Notes: generated by a model not told the origin, from the sequence alone. Shown: positions 20,654 to 34,124, counted from the first letter of the whole stretch. The stretch is DNA of 63,098 nucleotides, filler included, from Saprolegnia diclina VS20 (GCF_000281045.1; 5 parts of 4 records of this genome joined end to end with filler, not necessarily neighbours in it), one strand, 5' to 3'. Made by a program: numbers and translations.

Positions 20654-21351
20654 GGCGTCCAGCTCCAAAATGCAAGTCAATCGCGACATCCGGTTGCTGG
20701 AATGGAATCTGTCCGGACATCGTATCCGGATCAACCCCCACGTGGCAGCACGCACGAGGTCGGGTTCCATGCAATCGCTGCCAGCCCGGACAGCCGAAGG
20801 CCGCACGCAAGAGAGACGACCTAGTACGCATGAGGAGTGTCTTGGGCTCCATACTCCATTCAGCAGTGGCTTGATACTACGCCAAAACCCACGGACCCTC
20901 TCTTCTTGGGTGCAAGCTGGTCCACTCTGCGTACCGAGCACCAGCCTTGCGTACGGTAGCGCTGAGCTCGGCGTGCCCTGAAAACGATCTACAGTATTCC
21001 CTTGATACCATGCCTTGATGCTACTACACTGCAACCGGAAACAAGCACCAGCGACGAGGTGCTTGCAGCGAGCGACAACGACGCAAGCTAAACTACGACG
21101 GCGATTCCGTTAAGCCACGGCTGGCAAAGAGCCTCGCAACCGCCGTGCCTTGCATGACAATAGCGCCAAGCTATAACCATACCAACACTCTCTTGGATAG
21201 CTATCCGCGGTAGACTCAAAAGAAGGGTAATAACTCATACTCATATTTGACAACCCGGTCGCCAACTCCGCCGAGCTTTGTAAATGGCGTGCCTTTAGCC
21301 AAGTACAACCGGATCCGGATACTGCGTCTTGTCAACACAGCACAAAGCCCA

Positions 21352-22559
21352 ATGTTTGTCCAGCCGCGGCAAGGAATCGCCGACTTTAGCTGCTACGCGG
21401 TAGCCGCCGCCATGGCCTCGGCGCGCCTCATGCCCGCTGTCTCTAGGTCGAGTTCTCTCCCTTCCATGAGCACTGGCTCGCAGTCGGGAGCGCGCAGTAC
21501 TTTGGTATCATCGGCAACGGGCAGCAGCTCGTCATGGAGCTGCAGGCCAGCGGCGACCTCACGCCGGTATGCGTATATGCTACGATGGCGCGCTGAGGCA
21601 ATCTGGTAGATGCGCGCCTTTGATACGCAAGACGGTGTCTACGACGTGGCGTGGAGTGAGACGCATGCGACGCAGCTCGTGAGCGCCTGTGCGAACGGCC
21701 ACCTCAAGTTGTGGGACGTCACGACGACCGACAACTTCCCGATCCAGACGTTCGCCGAGCATGCGATGGAGGCGAGTAGCGTCAACTGGAACATGGTTGA
21801 CCGGACGCACTTTTGCTCGGGCAGCTGGGACACGACCGTCAAGGTCTGGACGCCGCAGCGACCCCACTCGATTGCAACGCTGCAAGGCCACACCGGCCCC
21901 GTCTACAACGCCGTGTGGTCGGTCCACACCAACTCGATGCTCGCGTCGTGCTCGGGCGACGGCGCGGTGCGGCTATGGGATCTCAACTCGGGCGCGTCGG
22001 TGTGTCGCATCGCTGCGCACGCCCAAGAGGTCCTCGCCTTGGACTGGAGCAAGTACGACCCGAACCAGCTCGTGACGGGGTCTGTCGACGGCAGCCTCAA
22101 GATTTGGGTACGTCCATCGAGCGATTATCCGCATTCATCGATGTCGTTATCGAGTAGGACATTCGGAACCCCGAGATGGAGGTGCGCGTTCTGCGCGGCC
22201 ACCAGTACGCCGTCCGCAAGGTCAAGTTTTCGCCGCATGCGCCGGACGTTGTCGCGTCGGCGTCCTACGACATGTCGGTGCGGCTCTGGGACACCAAGGC
22301 GCTGCATCCGCAGACGGTACGAGTGGCTTGGACCAACCAAGGTGACGCGGACGCATGTAGCAAGTGGCGACGCACCACAGCGAGTTTGTCATGGGCATCG
22401 ACTTTAGCCTCTTCGTGCCAGGTACCTCATGATGGATTTGGATACAACGGATAGCATTTTGGCTTGATCCATGACTGCATAGGTTTGTTGGCGTCGTGCT
22501 CGTGGGACCGACGGATTCTTCTGTGGAACACGCATGGCGGCCCGCCGCGCTTCCGCTAA
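21352..22559 (+). CDS. PEX7: Peroxisomal targeting signal 2 receptor (WD40), 5 introns
   Basis: Spliced VEFSPFHEHWLAVGSAQYFGIIGNG, FDTQDGVYDVAWSE, SGSWDTTVKVW, GHQYAVRKVKFSPH, SASYDMSVRLW and HHSEFVMGIDFSLF match PEX7 motifs. Confidence 0.93.
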
Positions 22560-22827
22560 GATGTCGCATCAATGTATCGAGCCTTGCGTCCGCAGTCGTC
22601 GCCTCTCACTGAACACAGGACTCCGCAGGGCAGAGGCTGCAGTTGACGCTGCCTTGACCTCGAGCACGAGACGTCCCGCCATTTCAAAGCAAACAGCATG
22701 CCAGATCGGGAGCCATTTTTGGGGTGGAACTAAGCCTGATTGGGGTCGCAACTGAAGTCGCGGCAGTCCAAGGAAGTGACAACATGATCTTCATGTAGCT
22801 GTTAATGGTAGTCTTAGATAAAATGGA

Positions 22828-23496
22828 TTAAACGGAAAACGTCCACGCATTCGGGTCCCGTGGCGGGTCGTAGCGGAACACGGGCGTGTACGCCGCCTCG
22901 GCAAAGTGGTACGCGGTCGGTGCGGTGTAGTCGGCACTGGGCCACCACCGGTGGTCAGCCACGTCTGCCTCGGGCTTGGTGTTGCTGGGGCTGCTGTTGC
23001 TGTGGCGATGGTCGGACGGGTAATAGTACGGGGGCGCGGCGCCTTGGCTATAGAAGTTGGTGGGGGGCATCATGGGCTCGTGGGGCGATGCAGCAGTCGG
23101 CGACGACGCGTCGTCGGTGCGCACTCGGTGGTGGCGCGAGCAGTAGCCACCGAGGCGGGCGTACGTCGTGCAGCCGTCCATGCGGCATTGGCGGCCGCCG
23201 CCATGGCGCACGCATTTTTGCTTGGACTGCACCATCTTGGTACAGCCAGGCTCCGAGCAAAGCTTCTTCGGGACCTTGGCGCCGTGCTTGGAGCAAAAGC
23301 CGCGGAGACGGGCGTTGCCGTAGCAGCCTTCAAAGCTGCAGAGCGGTCGGCCGCCGTGGCGCACGCACAAGTGGCGTGCAAACACTTGGTTCTTGCAGCC
23401 CTGCACGGAGCAATGGCCGCGGCTGCGGTGGAAGTAACACTTGGTCGAGTTGGCCATCGCAGCCTCTTCGCACGCGTTGAAGCGACACTTGGTCAT
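22828..23496 (-). CDS. Cys/His-repeat (WRKY19-like zinc-finger, CxxHGG) putative transcription factor
   Basis: Five C-x4-C-x~10-C-x2-H repeats with HGG linkers, typical of an expanded oomycete family. Confidence 0.85.
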   Translation of the reverse strand: MTKCRFNACEEAAMANSTKCYFHRSRGHCSVQGCKNQVFARHLCVRHGGRPLCSFEGCYGNARLRGFCSKHGAKVPKKLCSEPGCTKMVQSKQKCVRHGGGRQCRMDGCTTYARLGGYCSRHHRVRTDDASSPTAASPHEPMMPPTNFYSQGAAPPYYYPSDHRHSNSSPSNTKPEADVADHRWWPSADYTAPTAYHFAEAAYTPVFRYDPPRDPNAWTFSV

Positions 23497-25443
23497 GCTT
23501 TCGCGTCAAATTGGCCACTGAAGTGTTTGTATGCACGGCGAAGACTGGCGAAGGCAAGCGACGGCGTAGAGACAGAGCCTGACATTTCTTCTGTCGTGGC
23601 AGGTGCGCAGTGGGATGCACCTGCGAGTTATGAGTCCCGTCCACCTGCCGCCCGCCATGCTGCGCCACGTTCAAGAAGTTGGTTGTGGGGCTCGACACTC
23701 TTGCCCTATCCAAGTACATGCCCCTGCCGATGCGAGTGCGGTCGATATTGCGGCGACTTTGGCGCCTCTGCTTTTACCAAGGTTGCTGGGAATTCGCACT
23801 CGACGCGTGAGGAGGCGCTGGCACCGACTTGCCGGCGGTTTCAGAACAGCAAACTCATACTACCTAAGGGAATTCGACGGCAAACCATTTTCGTGCGCCA
23901 TTACCTATCGGCTTATCAAGCGGCCAGCTGGCAGTCATCGCGGGTGGAATCTCCGTCGGCTGGTGCACGACGGTTGTTAAACGTCCACAAAGCTTGACCT
24001 TCCTCGTCGGCGCGAGGTCCCTTCTCACGTGCCGTGCCGCAAGCAAGCCGACTAGCTTTTGCTCTTGGCGTCGGTTCCAAGGCCCATCCTGACTGTGGCA
24101 TCTCGCTCCTGGACACTACTTGTGCGTAATTCGAGCACGAAATGGACAGCTACCATCATCACGCGCCTCAAGAATATAGCACGTTTGGCCCGTTTATGGC
24201 GGTGTCGACCCCGTGGTAGTCACGCCCGTGGACTGAGATTCTGGTCGTGCTGCAACCGCCCGCGTTTACGTACTTGGGGGCGAACCAACTGGCCAACATT
24301 GCATTTTCTTGGCAGGTTCTGCGGGCGCCAGCGTGTCCACAGTGTCCACACAACCGGTGGCCACCGTCGCGCGACTGCAGTGCCGTCGTCTTAGTCAATC
24401 GTGGATGGCAGCTCGGGCGTGGATGACGGAGGAGCTTCGATCCTAGGTACATGCAGCTATCCCACGTTTACATACTATATTACGGCCGGTTGGTCTTGCA
24501 GCCGAAGTCAAGTCGGCACCACGAGAGCGCACGGCCAGAATCGCAGATAAGCCGCAATATATCGCATTTCGTTGAGAGCAATGCTGCGCCAGGCAACGCT
24601 CCTTTGAGTCTTGAGACTACCACCACGGTGGCAAGAATCAAGGTATCTCGGGTGTTGTTTGGCCCATCGACCATCAAATTTTCGCGCTATGGAAGACCAG
24701 GGTGGCAAATATATTTCGAGTTCAACGACCAAGCACGGCGCAAACACCGAGGAGAGACTCTGCAAGTACGCAACTGACACTCCTAGTCGTGGCGAAACCC
24801 GCTTGATGGAACCGCCATCTTCCGTTGCTATCAACTCCAAAGCAAATCGTATCCCAACTGCGCGCGATCGCGAGTTGCTTGCTCGCAAATTTCACTCCCT
24901 TGCGACGGTCCGCCCGAGGATGTGCATTCGGAATGATGACGACCACCCACAAGGCCCCTTGATACTCGCACAACCCATGCGTCCAGCGCCAAAATGCAGT
25001 GCTTTTGGATTCAGTCGACTCGTGTACCGTGTACTACCGTCCAAGCTGCTCGTGGCCTGTCCGATCGATCCACGCCGCCTCGACAACCAAACCATTATCG
25101 AGTGGAATACCGAGTCGTGCTCTACATCATACAGCAACCTAAACGACTAAGCTTATCACTCATTATTGCCAACCACGAACGCCGTCGCGATCAGTGCAAG
25201 CGGTTGTGGCCACGACGCGTGCGCGTTTGTAGCCGGTGGTATCTTCCTCCCTAACTTTATATTCTGTCACATTGCATGTTTACAAGTCTCTTTTGCATAC
25301 GGTTTACGTATGTTCAAACCTCCCACAAACAATAATAGGATACAAGGGATAATAACCCGACACAACCGACTATCCGAAAGATGAATTTCTTGTTACAACC
25401 GACAACGCACCCATGACTGCTATTGCACTTTTCACTTTGCAAA

Positions 25444-25986
25444 ATGCAGTGCCAATTCAACTCGTGCCACCAGCCCGTGCTGCCGGGCTCGACCAAGTGC
25501 GACTTTCACCGCAACCGGTCCGAGTGCTCAATGCCCGACTGCTCCAACCAAGTGTTTGCAAGGAAGCTCTGCGTGCGCCATGGCGGCCGGCCGCTCTGCA
25601 GCTTTGACGGCTGCCGCGCCAACGCGCACCGGCGCGGCTTTTGCTGCCGGCATGGCGCCAAGGGCTCGAAGAAGCACTGCATCGAGCCCGGCTGTGCCCG
25701 CCTCGCGCAGTCCAAGCACAAGTGCGTGCGCCATGGCGGCGGCCGGCCGTGCCACTTTGAAGGCTGCACGACCCACGCACGGTCGGGCGGCCACTGCTCG
25801 CGCCACGCCAAACACAAGCGAATGACGCAGTTGTCCGACGACGGCGGGATCTCGGACAGCACGAGCGAGTCGTCGAGTAGCAGCAGCGTCCAGCACAGCG
25901 AACGCCCGAGCTGGACCAAGTACAGCCTTGCGCTGCTTCTCAACAGCACGACCGACCCCGTCGCATGCTCAGTCGAATCGTTTTAG
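25444..25986 (+). CDS. Cys/His-repeat zinc-finger protein, paralog of 22828-23496
   Basis: Same five repeats (NQVFARxLCVRHGGRPLCSF). C-terminal SLALLLN motif. Confidence 0.85.
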   Translation: MQCQFNSCHQPVLPGSTKCDFHRNRSECSMPDCSNQVFARKLCVRHGGRPLCSFDGCRANAHRRGFCCRHGAKGSKKHCIEPGCARLAQSKHKCVRHGGGRPCHFEGCTTHARSGGHCSRHAKHKRMTQLSDDGGISDSTSESSSSSSVQHSERPSWTKYSLALLLNSTTDPVACSVESF

Positions 25987-26364
25987 TAATAGCAACAGAA
26001 TAGATTATATTTCCAAGTCGTCGCAGCAACGCCCAAGGAAGACGAGACGGTCAAGATCGCAGCGCTTGAGACATTCGATGGCGGAAGCCGTCGGAAGCGT
26101 ATGGTCAGCGCGGAGCAGCCTGCGACCAAGAAGCGGGCTGGGCCCAGAATGAAGCGTCCAGGAAGGATCATCTTACGACCTCAATGGCGACCATGTCCGG
26201 GGTTTACTCAAGAAGTAAAAGTGCCAACTTAGTGTGTCTACAGGTTTGCAGACAATAATTGCGCTTCCAGCGTCCGACTATGAACGTGTACTGCTGTCCT
26301 CCGGGCGAATACGCATCAATGCATCAATGATTAGGTTAAAATAGGAGAACAAGATCACACGAGC

Positions 26365-27363
26365 TCACGCAGAACTGGCGTCGCGACCGCAAATCTCGGC
26401 CACGCGCGCCCAGAGCGTGCTGCGGTCGGCCTCCGTGTGCGCGGTCGAGGCCCACGACATCTCAGTGGGCACCACGTGGCGGTCGAGCCAAAACAGTCCC
26501 GATGACGTGGCGGGCTCCGGCGCCGTGCACAGCCACACCGCCGTATCCGCCCCTTGCTCGGGTGTTCGCATCATCCACCCGTGGAGGCGCGTAAAGCCGC
26601 CGATCGAGCCGGTCGTACCGGGCGTTGTCGCCCAGCCCGGGTTCATCACATGGAAGGCAACCTTGTCTTTGCCGAGCGGGAACCGCTTCGCAAACTCCAT
26701 CGTGAGCGCGACTTGGGTCTTCTTGGCCAGCATGTAGGCCAGCGTCCCGTCAAACTTGTCGCCGGCGCGTGTCTTGCCGCGCACGTCGACGAGGTCGAGC
26801 GTCCCGAGGTACTGCCCGCCGCTCGACATGTTGACGACGCGGCCAACCGCGCCGTCATCATGGTTGCGCAGCTGCGGCAGGAGCAGCGCCGTGAGGAGGT
26901 ATGTGCCGTTGATCGCAACCGCCATCGACGACTCGACATCGTCCTCGGTGAAGACCGCCTCCTTGACGAGGATACCGGCATTGTTGACCAGACCGTCGAG
27001 CGACGGCGCAGCAGCCGCGAGCGATGCGGCGATCGTGTGCACGTCCTTCTGCTTGCCGAGGTCGCCAAGATGCACGTGCACCTTGCTCGGGTCGTGGGAG
27101 GAGACGTCGACGATGGCCTTGCGCGCGGCCTCGGCGCGGCCCGCGTCGCGGCAGACCAGATGCACATGCGCGCCGAGCTGCGCGAGCTGGGTCGCGATCG
27201 CAAAGCCGAGGCCGCTGTTGGCGCCGGTCACTGCGTAGTGGCGCGACGAGACGTCAACGGGCGTCTCGCTCCACGTGGCCGACGCCTTGCGGTAGCCGCG
27301 CGCGCCATAGTGGCAGAGACCCGTAAAGTACCATTGCAAAGAGGCGAGGCCCGAGTACGACAT
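26365..27363 (-). CDS. Short-chain dehydrogenase/reductase, DHRS12-like
   Basis: TGANSGLG, LVNNAG, MSSGG, YMLAK (YxxxK), NPGWATTPG and RTPEQGADTAVWL. Confidence 0.9.
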   Translation of the reverse strand: MSYSGLASLQWYFTGLCHYGARGYRKASATWSETPVDVSSRHYAVTGANSGLGFAIATQLAQLGAHVHLVCRDAGRAEAARKAIVDVSSHDPSKVHVHLGDLGKQKDVHTIAASLAAAAPSLDGLVNNAGILVKEAVFTEDDVESSMAVAINGTYLLTALLLPQLRNHDDGAVGRVVNMSSGGQYLGTLDLVDVRGKTRAGDKFDGTLAYMLAKKTQVALTMEFAKRFPLGKDKVAFHVMNPGWATTPGTTGSIGGFTRLHGWMMRTPEQGADTAVWLCTAPEPATSSGLFWLDRHVVPTEMSWASTAHTEADRSTLWARVAEICGRDASSA

Positions 27364-27974
27364 GGTGGTGGCAGCGTAGAAAAGGCAATGTGACGGTTAG
27401 AGATCTATCCGCGGATCACCGAGACGAACCCGTGCGAAGTCCGACCAGATGGCGACCGACTGGGTACGCCGAAGTCCACCACACCGGAAAGCACGATGCA
27501 GCTACATCCGATGGACCGTCATCGGTGAATGATGCTGGCATCTTGCGACTGGGACTTCTTCTGGACGACGGGCAAGATCCGGCGACATAAGAAGATAGCA
27601 GCGCCAACGTGGACGGTGGTGTTTCGCCGCCAACAAATTCAAATGAGAAGCTCGTGCCACAGGGATCGATGCGAGGTCCGGTTGTAGCATTGGCGAGGTG
27701 CCCCACTGTGCCATCGAAGGATGCACCGTGGCCAGCAAACGCCATTGAATCGCTAAGTTCATAGGTTGGGTGTTGGAGGTACGTGGATCGATTCCGACGT
27801 GGGCCAGGTTAATGATTGCCATATTCAAGCGCTAATGAAGATGCATTTGAATCGAGTTGTTGACGTCGTTAGCGGCGCGACACGAAAGAATAGCTCGCAA
27901 AGTACCCGAGTTCTGTAAACGGTTTCAACGACTAGCTAACGGTTACCGCCTTTCCAGTCGTCAAAGCAAGCGAA

Positions 27975-29469
27975 ATGCCCCGGGCGCCTACCGCCGCGAG
28001 GGCTCGTCCGTGCTCGTCAAGCTCAAGAAAGATTACCCGCAGCTCTTCTACCTCGCCCGCGCCTTTCGCCTCTGCGTGCAGGCGCTCGATCTTCTCGCGG
28101 TCATTGTCATTGCCGTCGACGCGATCGTCAACAGCTGGACGCTCAACGACTACCTCGGGAACGGCCACTTCTTCCTCACGCCAGTCGCCGCCGCGCGGTC
28201 TGCCGACAACACGGGGTCGCGCTATGCCTTTTCAATGGCAGCTACGAAGACCTCTCGGAGATTGGGCAATGGATGACCAACCTCACCGTCTCCAACATGG
28301 TGACCAAAAGCGACAACGTGTACGCAGTCTCGGCCGTACACCCTTACGTACAACACCGTCCTCTGCTCTATCTTCTCGGTATCCGCTACGCCAGTGGAGG
28401 AAGCCAAGCATCAAGCTCGGCGTCATGCAGGACGCTACGACGTTCTACCGTGAGAACGCGTTGAGCCATGCCTTTACGACCGACGACAGCAAGAATCTTG
28501 CGACCGCCGATGACAACCACCATCGACTGCTGGCGCGCGGGTATACCCCGGGGCGCACGCAGACCGACATGCGCTTCACGCGCGAATTCGCCGTTGAAAA
28601 TACCTCGTCGCCGCAGTCGCGCGTCGTCGACTACTTTCGCATTTGCCCGCGCACGTTTTGCTCGGGGTGTGACCCGGTGTCCGAGATAGGCTACAGCATG
28701 TGCAACTTGACACTTGTGTACAACGACAGCGCCAAGACACTCACGGTGACATCGGCGGTGTACGTACCCGGCTCCACGTACGAACTTGGCCTCATGCTTC
28801 CGCGGAGCTCGTTTGGGATCGTCGCACTCTGGGCCAAATTGGTCGCCATCTTCTTTGCGGTTGGCGGGTATCTCGCGAGCCGCCGGACAGTCCAGTGGCT
28901 CGAAGTCGATGTGACCAAGACGAGCTCGCTCTGGACGCGGCTCCTTCGCACGGTCATGCCCAAGTACTTTCCCCACCTGTCCCACGCGCTCCCGTACGCA
29001 ATGTTTTGCTACAATTCCGACATTTTCGTGTTTCTCTACAGCGGCAGTGTCCTCTTTGACTTGCAGAATTGTCTCATCTTTATCCGCAACGTACACGTCT
29101 ACAACACCTATGCAAAGCAATTTGACGCGACCTTTCGGACCTTTTCGCTGAGCACGCGCTTGCTCTGGCTCAACTGCGCGTTTCTCAAGCTTGCCAAGAT
29201 CCTCTGGCACATTATCGGCGGCGCGTCGTACTGCGGCGAGAGTCGCCTCATGGCTCTTCTCAACTATTCCAGCGTCTTGTCTCTGTACCTCTCGGCCATT
29301 CTACTCTTTTACGTCCCGCCCTTCATCGAGTACAACAACTCGGTGACCTTCGACTTGGTCAACACGGTCGAGCGTCTCGACGGCGTCCGTGTCGACATTT
29401 TCGAGAGCTTTTACTTTCGGTGTGCGACCTCGATCGGTGCCGGAATGGTCGTCAACGTCCTTGCTGTCG
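27975..29469 (+). pseudogene. Oomycete multi-pass membrane protein of unknown function, frameshifted 5' part; 3' end in gap
   Basis: Plausible coding sequence switches frame near 28232 and again at ~28335-28380 (LNDYLGNGHFF / SYEDLSEIGQWM / YTLTYNTVLCSIF / IKLGVMQD). A long open hydrophobic stretch follows. Confidence 0.6.
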
Positions 29470-29569
29470 NNNNNNNNNNNNNNNNNNNNNNNNNNNNNNN
29501 NNNNNNNNNNNNNTTAATTAATTAANNNNNNNNNNNNNNNNNNNNNNNNNNNNNNNNNNNNNNNNNNNN

Positions 29570-32500
29570 AGGGCATTGGCAACGACCCACGCAACCTCTA
29601 ATGATGAGACATCCACCTTGGTCGGTTGATTGAGGCGCTTGGCGTCGAGGTAGCTGCGCAGATCGCCCGCGTCCATGTACTCGAGAATGAGCTTGGGATT
29701 TGGGGCCTTGGTGACTGCGAGAAGCTCCAGCACATAGGGCGAGCGACACCTAGTCCACAATAACAGGTTGAAAATAAGAAATGAGAAAATGAAAATGAAA
29801 AATGACGTACAGGAGCATCGTCTTTGTCTCGTCGAGAAGAGTCGCCGCACCGTCGGGCCCAACTGCTGTCTTGATGGCAACCGAGCGACCGTTGTACGTG
29901 CCTTTGTACACGGCGCCATAGCCGCCAACACCGAGCGGCGCATCGACGTCCATGGTGTAGGCGTCCGACGACACCTGATTTGAGAGTTCACACATCCTTG
30001 TCATTGCGATCGAGGGTTTGAGTGTACCTCGGGCTTCAACGCATGCGAAGCAGCATGTAAAAGGCTTGTCAAGCGGCGATTCCCGGCTTGGATCGCCAGT
30101 GTCATTGGCGTCACGCCCGCCTGCCGAGACGGAGGTCATCGATATCTCGGATGAAGTCAATGTACCGCATTGCGGATCTCCATCTGCAGACCTGGCGTCC
30201 GCACAAGTGCCGTCAAGAAAGCGTGGTCGTTGCCCTGCACCGCAAGATGCAAGAGCGAGTCGCCCGCCTAGCAATATGTTCTTAGCGTCTACTATACAAC
30301 TAGAAAACTCGAACCTTGTTTGTGGTGTTGGGGCTCAAGCCATTGGCAAGAAGCGTTAGCACCCGATCGTACTGTTGCGTGCTCACAGCGTCGACAAGCT
30401 AGCCGTCAAATGACAAAAATGGTGAGTATGGACCAATCAAGTCCATCGAGGCATCGTGATTACCTCATTTTTGGCCTCATTTTCTGCATTCTTCAAGGCG
30501 GCTAGAACGCGTGGGTGCGTTGCCAGTGTCAGTGGCGTGTCGCCAGTCTAGAGATATTGTCACGGTAGAGGTATCGTCGCATGTAGTAGTATTAACCGTA
30601 CCGTTGTCGTCGCAAAGGTGTTGGCCTTGGCGTCAACGAGGTACTCGACGACGCTCGCATGACCCTTGGCCGCCGCGACGTGCAGCGGCGTGTGTCCCCT
30701 CTAGGTTTATTGAACATAGGCTATAGACGATATTCTCTACTGACAATCAAGTTACCTCATCACAGGCCTCCACGTCGCTGCAAAGCGATAGCACTTGGTC
30801 GAGGACATTCTTCTTCCCACTGAGAGCGGCCGCGTGCAGCAGCGTCGAGCCGTCCTAGAATCCGATACTCCGTTCATTCGTTTCGCTGAGTCCACTAACT
30901 CTACCTTGGTCACCACGTGGTGTGTACTGGCGCTGGCGTGTAGAAGTGCCTTGACAGTGTCGGCGTGCCCATTCGCAGCCGCGACAAAAAGGGGGGATTC
31001 GCCGGCCTACACCCGACACCAAGGACGTATCGCAATGCGATATATAGTGGTGTGAGTAGGCTCGTACGTCGTTGGTGGCGTCGATGCAGCTCTCGCCCTT
31101 CACGGCGACGTCCACAGTTGTATTGTCCTTCTGTATCGCATTGAAGATAGTATGTTGCGTAGGTGTTGGTGAGCGTACCTGGTCGCTACGACCAAGCAGG
31201 GACTGGACGTGGTTTAGCAGCGTGTAGACCAAAGCAGTGTGGCCGCTCGCAGCCGCCAGGTGCAGCGCCGTCTCGCCTTGCTACAGAGGTTGACAGCCGG
31301 CGATGCGACGCGCAGTGTACCTCGTTGGTGGTCGCAGGATTTACGCCGTGATCCAGTAGCACTTCGACCACTCCTTTGTTGCGGTTTAAAGTTGCGTGGC
31401 GCAAGACAGCTGCCAGAAGGGGCATCTGGGCGTGCACGGTGGTCTATAATAACATTGAAAATGACCGATACGAGGCCAAAACGTGTACCTTGCTCACAGC
31501 CCCAAGCTGCGCGTTCAAGTCCAGAAGCGCGTACGTTGCCTCAACACTGCGTGTGGGAAGCACAATGGCCAGAGCTGTCATCCCCGTCTATTTCACCTTA
31601 GCAAAAAGGACCAAATACGATCATGATGTATACCGCGTCGGTCGCGTCGACCTCGAGGTTGGGTCGCTCGAGCATAGTTTCAAGCAGCCGAAAGTTTTGC
31701 GTCGCCAGTACCAGATGCAGCAAAGGCGTCTTATCCTACAACGAAATATAGAAATGAATCAAACAAAAGCGTAGCAGGAAGTGGCAAGTACCCTGTCCCG
31801 ATGGTTGACGTTGATGTTATCTTTCTCAAGGATCTTGCTCGCACTCACGATGCGCTTGCAGCGCAAAGCGGCCACGAGCTAATTAGAATACGAGAATTGA
31901 AGTAGCCTACTCGTCGCAAATTTACCTTTAGCGTCTCGGGATGCTTGCGCAAAAGGTCTTCAACATCGACACATCCTCTTTCGTGCGCGAGCAAAAGCGG
32001 TGTTTGGTGCCACTACATGACAACATGAGGAATAGTGAGACGCAACGTGAAAATATACGTTGTTTTCGACTTTGAGATTCGCGCCGTACGCCAAGAGAAG
32101 CCGCACGACCTCGACGTGATTGTATTTTGAGGCGTAGTGCAGTGGCGTCTCGAGGTCCTACGCCCATGCAACATTTTGAGAGGGAGGCGACACCGTCACC
32201 AATACTACCTTGGTTTTGGCTTCAATAAAAGCGCGTTTTTGGAGCAAGCTGCGGACGATCGCGACATGTCCTTTGCTCGCTGCCAAATGCAGAGGGGTGG
32301 ACCCATTCTACTCAGAGAGGATGCGTTGTACTGGGCGTGCGAGATGCGGAGATATCACTTAGTATACCGTGTCCTTGGCGCTCACGTCGACGCGTTTTTC
32401 GAGCAAAAGGCGGACAATGTCCCAGTGCCCATAGTTGGCGGCTGCATGCAGTGACGTGGAGCCGCTCTACTGCAATATATCAGTATCCACAACATAATTC

Positions 32501-32696
32501 GTGTACGACCTCGTTCGTGCAAGTGATGGGCACCCCGTCGTGGAGATAGGCTTGGACGGCAGCCGCGTTCCCAGCTGCTGCAGCGTCGAGAAGCGCACTC
32601 TACTCAGCCGCATGAGCATCATCGCGTGCTGTCGTCGTTGTCGTCGTCTTCGACCTGCTTCTCGTGCAACTCCTTCGTCGCCTTCGTCGGCCACAT
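29570..32696 (-). CDS. Ankyrin-repeat + TKL kinase gene (multi-exon); kinase C-lobe lost in gap
   Basis: ATG 32696 (MWPTKATKELHEKQ), then ~16 short exons reading as ANK repeats (e.g. 32307-32209 NGSTPLHLAASKGH..., AGESPLFVAAANGH, RGHTPLHVAAAKGH, AGDSLLHLAVQGN). These splice into LGVGGYGAVYKG..VAIK..LEYMDAGDL. Confidence 0.82.
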
Positions 32697-33039
32697 TGCC
32701 AAAGTGATTTGCGTCGTCAGGCACCCCGTTTTGATTGGCCAAGTTCCCTTCGCTTCCTTACAACCGGACNNNNNNNNNNNNNNNNNNNNNNNNNNNNNNN
32801 NNNNNNNNNNNNNNNNNNNNNNNNNNNNNNNNNNNNNNNNNNNNNNNNNNNNNNNNNNNNNNNNNNNNNNNNNNNNNNNNNNNNNNNNNNNNNNNNNNNN
32901 NNNNNNNNNNNNNNNNNNNNNNNNNNNNNNNNNNNNNNNNNNNNNNNNNNGCTTGTCGTGCGACTCATGAATGCGTCGGAGCTCTCGCTCGTCGATCACG
33001 GCGCCAATGACCCGTCGATTGCTTCGTGCCATCCATCGG

Positions 33040-33725
33040 ATATGTCTCGCACGCGATCTATGATGATGACGTGGCCAGCATCGACGCGCTGGTGCACGAC
33101 AGCGTCGACGTCGACAGTAAATACGTGGTGCGTGCACGCATTCTGCGCCGTTTTTTGGTATTCTTATTCTTATTCTTGATGACATGAGTAGTACCGATAT
33201 GGACGCACGCCATTGCACGAAGCGGCGATCACAAGTCAACTGCCCGTTCTTCGCTTCTTCCTGGACAAGGGCGCCAAAATGGACGCGCGCGATAGGATAC
33301 ATTGTTGTGGAAATTGTTCTATAGTTTATGGCTGGATAAACAAATATCATTGTAAAACTGGATGACACCGCTGCTCTTGTCCGTCCTTGACGATGACTTC
33401 CAGAGCGTTCGGCTTCTCTGGGAGAGGTGCCGACATGGATGCGCCGGACGTTGAACGTAAACTCAGAAAATAGTCGGCACTTCGCCTGGATGGCACCCGA
33501 GGTCGCTCGCGTCCGGCTTGGCGATACAGGGCGGTCGACCGGCCCGCTCGCCGACGTTTACTCGTTTCGTCCTCACTGAGCTTGACACTCGCAATACATC
33601 GTAGTACGCCGACGGCTACAAAATGCAAAACACTTTGGGACACGACTTCAAGCTCGCCGACCAGTGCTGGCACTCGACCCCACCAAGCGCCCGAGAGCCA
33701 AACAGCATGGCGACACTTCAGAAGG
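33040..33725 (+). pseudogene. Decayed ankyrin-kinase relic
   Basis: ANK exons YGRTPLHEAAITSQ and NWMTPLLLSV with damaged splice sites and a frameshift, followed by kinase shards WMAPEV, ADVYSF, LTELDT and ALDPTKRP. Confidence 0.7.
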
Positions 33726-34124
33726 TGACCAAGGCGCCGGATGGGGGTGGTTCACGTGTATCATACATAGCGTATGGTGGCAGAAACGATGGCGATGGCA
33801 ATGGCCTCAACACCTCGTTGTCGTCGACCTCGCCACATCGCGCTGCTCTGTCCTTTTGCCACGTATATATCCACTTTGTACCCCGGGGCACGAGATATCA
33901 CCTTGAGAACCAGATGTGCAGGAGTCCGGATATCGTTGAGCGCGTGGATTGGAGGAAATCAGCCAATACCAAGCGGCGCATTTGCAAATCATCCAGACAC
34001 TTTCATTGAGGCTCACCACAGCCGACCACTGTGACGCGACCAACGAGGTACAAGGAGAAGCAAAGGACCTCTTCACCTCTGGATCCATGTATAGCGTGCG
34101 CTCTCGATTCCGCCAGAAAAGGCA

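Noticed and set aside
21352..22559. PEX7 presence as a novelty
   Set aside because: PTS2 import loss is known for diatoms, but an ordinary PEX7 in an oomycete is expected.
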